A stretch of 52,875 bases of DNA, filler included, from Squatina squatina (lineage: Eukaryota): the NCBI GenBank assembly GCA_031763465.1. It is 3 parts of 3 records of this genome, joined end to end, with 100 filler letters (N's around TTAATTAATTAA, not from the genome) between each part and the next. Parts side by side here need not be neighbours in the genome. Positions count along the whole stretch, not along the records: positions 32,267 to 52,875 come from JARFOE010000079.1; 2 more parts are not named here. The stretch is one strand, 5' to 3'. Shown here piece after piece: positions 48,514-52,875 of the stretch. Made by a program: the position numbers and the translations under genes. Position 1 is the stretch's first letter. The number at the start of each line of letters is the position of its first letter. The notes below the pieces were generated by a model. That model made no database searches. It was not told the origin of the DNA and was given only the letters and a program-made list of their open reading frames with translations.

Positions 48514-48858
48514 TTGGTTCAGTTGGCAGCACTCCCATCTTGGAATCAGAAGGTCGTCAGTTCAGGGGCCACTCCAATGCAGAGGGAGTGGCGCATTGAG
48601 AGAGGCACCATCATTCAGAGGGAGCAGGTTAAAGCCAGTGCCATCTACTGGTTCTGGTTTTTCAGATGGAAGTTAATAGATCGAAGAGCAAAGAGTTCTC
48701 CAGCTGTCCTGGCCAACATTCCTCCTTCAACCAATACGACAGCGGTTATTCAGCTCACTGCTGTTGGTGGGATCTTGTGTGCAAAAACTAACAGTTACAA
48801 ACAGTCACTGCATTTCAAGTAATGGATTGTATCTGATGCACTCTGAAATGAGATGCTA
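48514..48858 (+). mobile_element. tRNA-headed Deu-domain SINE
   Basis: A-box-like tggttcagttgg head, then gaagagcaaagagttctccagctgtcctggccaacatt and gtgggatcttgtgtgc. Confidence 0.65.
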
Positions 48859-48958
48859 NNNNNNNNNNNNNNNNNNNNNNNNNNNNNNNNNNNNNNNNNN
48901 NNNNNNNNNNNNNNNNNNNNNNNNNNNNNNNNNNNNNNNNNNNNNNNNNNNNNNNNNN

Positions 48959-49095
48959 GCGGGGAGGTCAGAGTGGGATGGAGAATTAAAGTGGTAAGCG
49001 ATAGCAGGGTTGCACTCGCGGGCAGAGCAGAGATGTTCAGCGCAGCGATCACCCAGTCTGCGTTTGGTCTCTTCTTCTCCCATCCATGTAGATCT
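48959..49095 (-). mobile_element. Penelope-like GIY-YIG endonuclease fragment
   Basis: ETKRRLGDRCAEHLCSAR...AIAYHFNSPSHS. Confidence 0.75.
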
Positions 49096-50569
49096 GATCG
49101 GTGCCATGAGCTCTCAGACAGACCTGACCTCAGTGCTCAAAATGGGAAGGGAGAAAAAAGAGCCTGTACTCCTGATCGCTGTCCAGTGGCCCCTATGGAA
49201 CATGCGCTTGCGTGGACAGAGTGGGGACATGATTGGGCTTTCCTGGCATTCCCTTCACAGTCAAATAGCTGCTGATAGTGTGTGGGCTCACACAGGAAGA
49301 ATGGGCACTTGCCAAAGATGCCAGCGATTGCCTGCCATCAATAAAGTGTAAAGTAAATACCTTCAGGACAGGATGGGGGAATAATTGGGGTCGGAAGGGG
49401 AGAATGGTGCTGTCACCAGGGACTTGGTATATAACCAACATCCACATACTGCTCGTTACCCTTGTGTACGCAATGACAAATATGGACAGCCCCTTGAGAA
49501 TTAAAAACAAAATTACATGCATTCATTTATAAAATATGAAATATTTACCATCCACACAACAGAAAAAACACACAAATACAACATGCTCAACCAACACTGC
49601 AATTAGTACTGGTGAAAAGGTTAACTCGCAAAAAAGGAAGCCACATTGTGGGAACAACAGAATTTATCCGGAGAGACAATGCAGAGAGCAGAGCTGAACG
49701 TTTTGCCGTAGTTATGTTACCATAGGAATAAATGGCCCAGAGATTGCAGTGAGTGGCACCTCTAATGAGTAAAAACCCAAATGCTTCTCCAAGGACTTCA
49801 TATCTTCGTTGACTCATTAGTCTCGGGGAACATTTATGAAGATAGGTGATAACTTCTTCCTACTGCCATCAGACCGACAGACAGTAAATGATTGATAAAT
49901 TATTCGATTAGATTTCTATAATAGCTTCCCTAAATCTTTCCTTCGCCTGTAATTTCTCCAAAAACCAGGCCAGCCATAGCAACTGAGAAGCAACATCAAT
50001 CATTGGTGAATTACTTTATTTCTTCTGGACTAAATCACTTGTGCAAATGTCAAATTCTGCACGTTAATAAGATGAGAGGAATTCCATGATGAAAATCCCT
50101 TGTTGTGTATTTCTGAATGTGTCGGGCAGCAAGTTGCTGAGTGACACCTGACGTCACCATGTCAAGCCATTCTGCCCCAGCTTGATCTCACAGTGAGGCA
50201 CAGGCAATCCTCCTATTACATCATGCCTGGGAGCTGTGGACCACCAATGAGAACAGAACATGTCTTAAGCCACAAGCTCCACTGCATTGGGGCTTGATCA
50301 GAGAAGAAAGGCCAGAAAGATCAAAGTGTTCTTCACCCCTTCTTAAAGCAAGCCCAAAAGACTCTGTCCAGGCTGAAGTTGGCACCCACAAGGGGATCTC
50401 CTTGGATTTATATAGCACCTTTAATGTAGTAAAACATCGCAAGGTGCTCCACAGGAGCATAACCAGACAAAAAGAACTTGCTCTCCTTCCCCTAGCACTT
50501 TCTCACATGAGCTCAGGAGATGCAACAACTGCCCTTTCATCTCCTCACATACCACCATCCAGGTGAGAC

Positions 50570-51000
50570 AGAGATTTAGAATCATCCAGCACACAAAGGC
50601 CGATCGTGCCTGTGCTGGCTCTTTGAAAGAGCGATCCAATTAGTCCCACTCCCCCTGCTCTCTCCCCACAGCCCTGAAAATTTCTTCCCTTCGAGGAATT
50701 ATCCAGTTCCCTTTTGAAAATTACCATTGCATCTGCTTCCACCACTTCAGGTAGCACATGTCAGATCATAACTTGCTATGTNNNNNNNNNNNNNNNNNNN
50801 NNNNNNNNNNNNNNNNNNNNNNNNNNNNNNNNNNNNNNNNNNNNNNNNNNNNNNNNNNNNNNNNNNNNNNNNNNNNNNNNNCCTATTTTTGTGTCGTCTG
50901 CAAATTTAGCTACAGTGCATTCGTTTCCTTCCTCCAAGTCATTAATGTATATTGTAAAGAGTTGCGGCCCCAGCACTGATCCTTGTGGCACCCCGTTACC
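50570..51000 (-). mobile_element. CR1 RT core and 3' end fragments (separated by a gap)
   Basis: [37 protein letters not shown] at 50882-50995, and LPEVVEADAMVIFKRELD at ~50700-50757. Confidence 0.85.
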
Positions 51001-51984
51001 TACAATGCCAAGTCACCAGCAGCCCCTCATCCTCCAGTTACCCAGTAAAGTTTTGCTGCTCAGCCAGGTCATCAACCCAGAAACAGCAAAAAGCATGAGC
51101 TAGGAAGAGGAAGTGAGTGCCCCTGCAATACAGCCCACGGATACGAAAGGAGAGTGAGAGACAGCAAGAGAGTTCTTCAGAATTTGATTTGTCATCCGAT
51201 TTGGTTCCTACAACATTTTGAAAGCTGCATGGGATGTGGTGCACTCTATTCAACATAAACGGATCAAGAACTGTGTAACCTTGTTATGATCGACTGTTTA
51301 GACACTCCAATCATTTACGTCTATTCTTGTTAAGGTGCCAGGCACACCCCTGGCTGTACACAATGTGTGGAATTCCTGTGTATTCAGCAGTGTTAAAGTA
51401 TTGGAGTGCAAGAAAGGTTGTGCTAACTCAATGAGCTCCCCTTTATTCATAAGGGCAAGGTTTTCCAGCAAAATCTATGAATAAGATTTTTAAATTTTAA
51501 ACGTCAATAAAAAATGGAGAAAACAGAACTGCTCTCAACTCTGTGAAGATCCCAATGGATTTTAGAATAGGAGGATGAATAACCGGTTGTCATCTGGGAA
51601 CTGGTGGGGAGAGACCATCTCATGCAACATGAACGTGCTTATGGATGACAGCAAAATCAAAGAAATATAGTCCACACCTTCATGTGTTAAATGTATTCAC
51701 ATTTACTCTCCCTTTGAACGAGGATCGGGCAAGGTGCATGAGCCCCAATGTGCTCAGTTGACCCTTGGGATCATTGTGGGGCTGGACTTGGTGACGCTGG
51801 TATTCGAGAGAGATCTGAATTTCTTGTGCCCACTCATTTCATCATTGGGAGAAATCAGTCCCAAACACTGGTCCTTCTCTACCAGACCCTTGCCTCCTCC
51901 TCTACCCCAACATATTTCTGCTTGCCCATCTTCTAATCATTACTCTTTCACTTGGTATAATGTCTAATGTCTACTTATCCACTG

Positions 51985-52212
51985 GGGTTCATGCCTTCAG
52001 CTACCTGGGCCCCAAGGCTCTGGAATTCCCTCCCTAGACCTCTCCATCTCTCCCTCTCTTTCCTCCTTTAAGATATTCCTTAAAACCTACTTCTTTGACC
52101 TTTTGGTCACCTACCCTAATATCTCCTCCTATCGTTTGGTGTCAAATTCTGTTTGATGACGTGGGCTATTTTACCTTGTTAAAGGTGCTATATAAATGGA
52201 ATTTGTTGTTGT
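51985..52212 (+). mobile_element. L2 3' end
   Basis: gccttcagctacctgggccc...ctggaattccctccc...aaaggtgctatataaat...gttgttgtt. Confidence 0.7.
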
Positions 52213-52214
52213 TT

Positions 52215-52470
52215 GTCCATGTGATCTCCTGGACTGATTTTGATCGCCTGAGGAGTCAGAAAGGGATTTTCTGAGTATTTTTCGCAGATTGTTCCTGTTT
52301 TTTTGGGCTCTCCCAAGAGATTAAATGGCTGTGGCGGAGGCGGAGGTTTGGCCGGCCGGCCGGGAGGGGGGCAGGAGCGGGGTGGTCTAATCATGATGCT
52401 CCAGCCATGAATGTGGAGCAGGCTTGATGGAACAGCTGGTCTTTTCATGCCTGTTGATTTCGTATGTTCC
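52215..52470 (+). mobile_element. CR1-type 3' UTR / SINE tail
   Basis: Ends ggcttgatgg...ctggtctttt...cgtatgttc, a CR1-like terminus. Confidence 0.4.
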
Positions 52471-52875
52471 ATAAAATACTTATTCCCTCTTGTTGAATTA
52501 TTTGGTGCCCTGAAAATCATGCCCAGAACCTTTCCCAAAGTGAACACTGTACCTTGTAGTACTGATCCCTGACAATATCAAGCTCGATTAGGCATCAGTT
52601 CTCTGCAGTTTTGTCCTGGTTGAGACTCATAACAATGCCTCTAGTGTTAGCTTATATGATCTCGGTGTTACTATTTCATCAGCTTCATCTTGGCTGAGGT
52701 CTTTTCTGCCATGTACTATATTGTCATTTTTGCAATGCTGCTACTGCACTCTACACAGGGCAGGCTGATCTTTTACTGGTTACTTTTCCTTTGTATTTAT
52801 GCTTGCACATTTTTCTCTTCACATGATGTATACACACACACACATATCTATATATATTTTAAATCTTCCTGAAGC

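Overview
Vertebrate genomic DNA, most likely from a cartilaginous fish. This is inferred from the repeats: CR1, L2, L1, Penelope, Harbinger and Deu-domain SINEs. It comes from a very fragmented assembly: short contigs joined by 100-N gaps, plus two artificial 44N-TTAATTAATTAA-44N linkers (18230-18329, 32167-32266) that split the window into three blocks, so gene adjacency is not proven. Recognisable coding pieces are the last exon of KCTD16 (-), the last exon of DCHS1 (+), exon 1 and the promoter of an EGR1-like gene (-), most of the large terminal exon of an ANKRD50-like gene (-), and two exons of an FBXW7-like gene (-). The most interesting observations: (1) an in-frame TGA in KCTD16 just upstream of an intact H2 domain; (2) a divergent EGR1-like gene with the full five-CArG/ETS/CRE immediate-early promoter layout; (3) a DCHS1/ANKRD50-like/FBXW7-like/EGR1-like block that may be retained whole-genome-duplication paralogs; (4) a frame-preserving 24-nt microexon candidate (GSFFEPLK). 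All family assignments rest on remembered sequences; no search was run.
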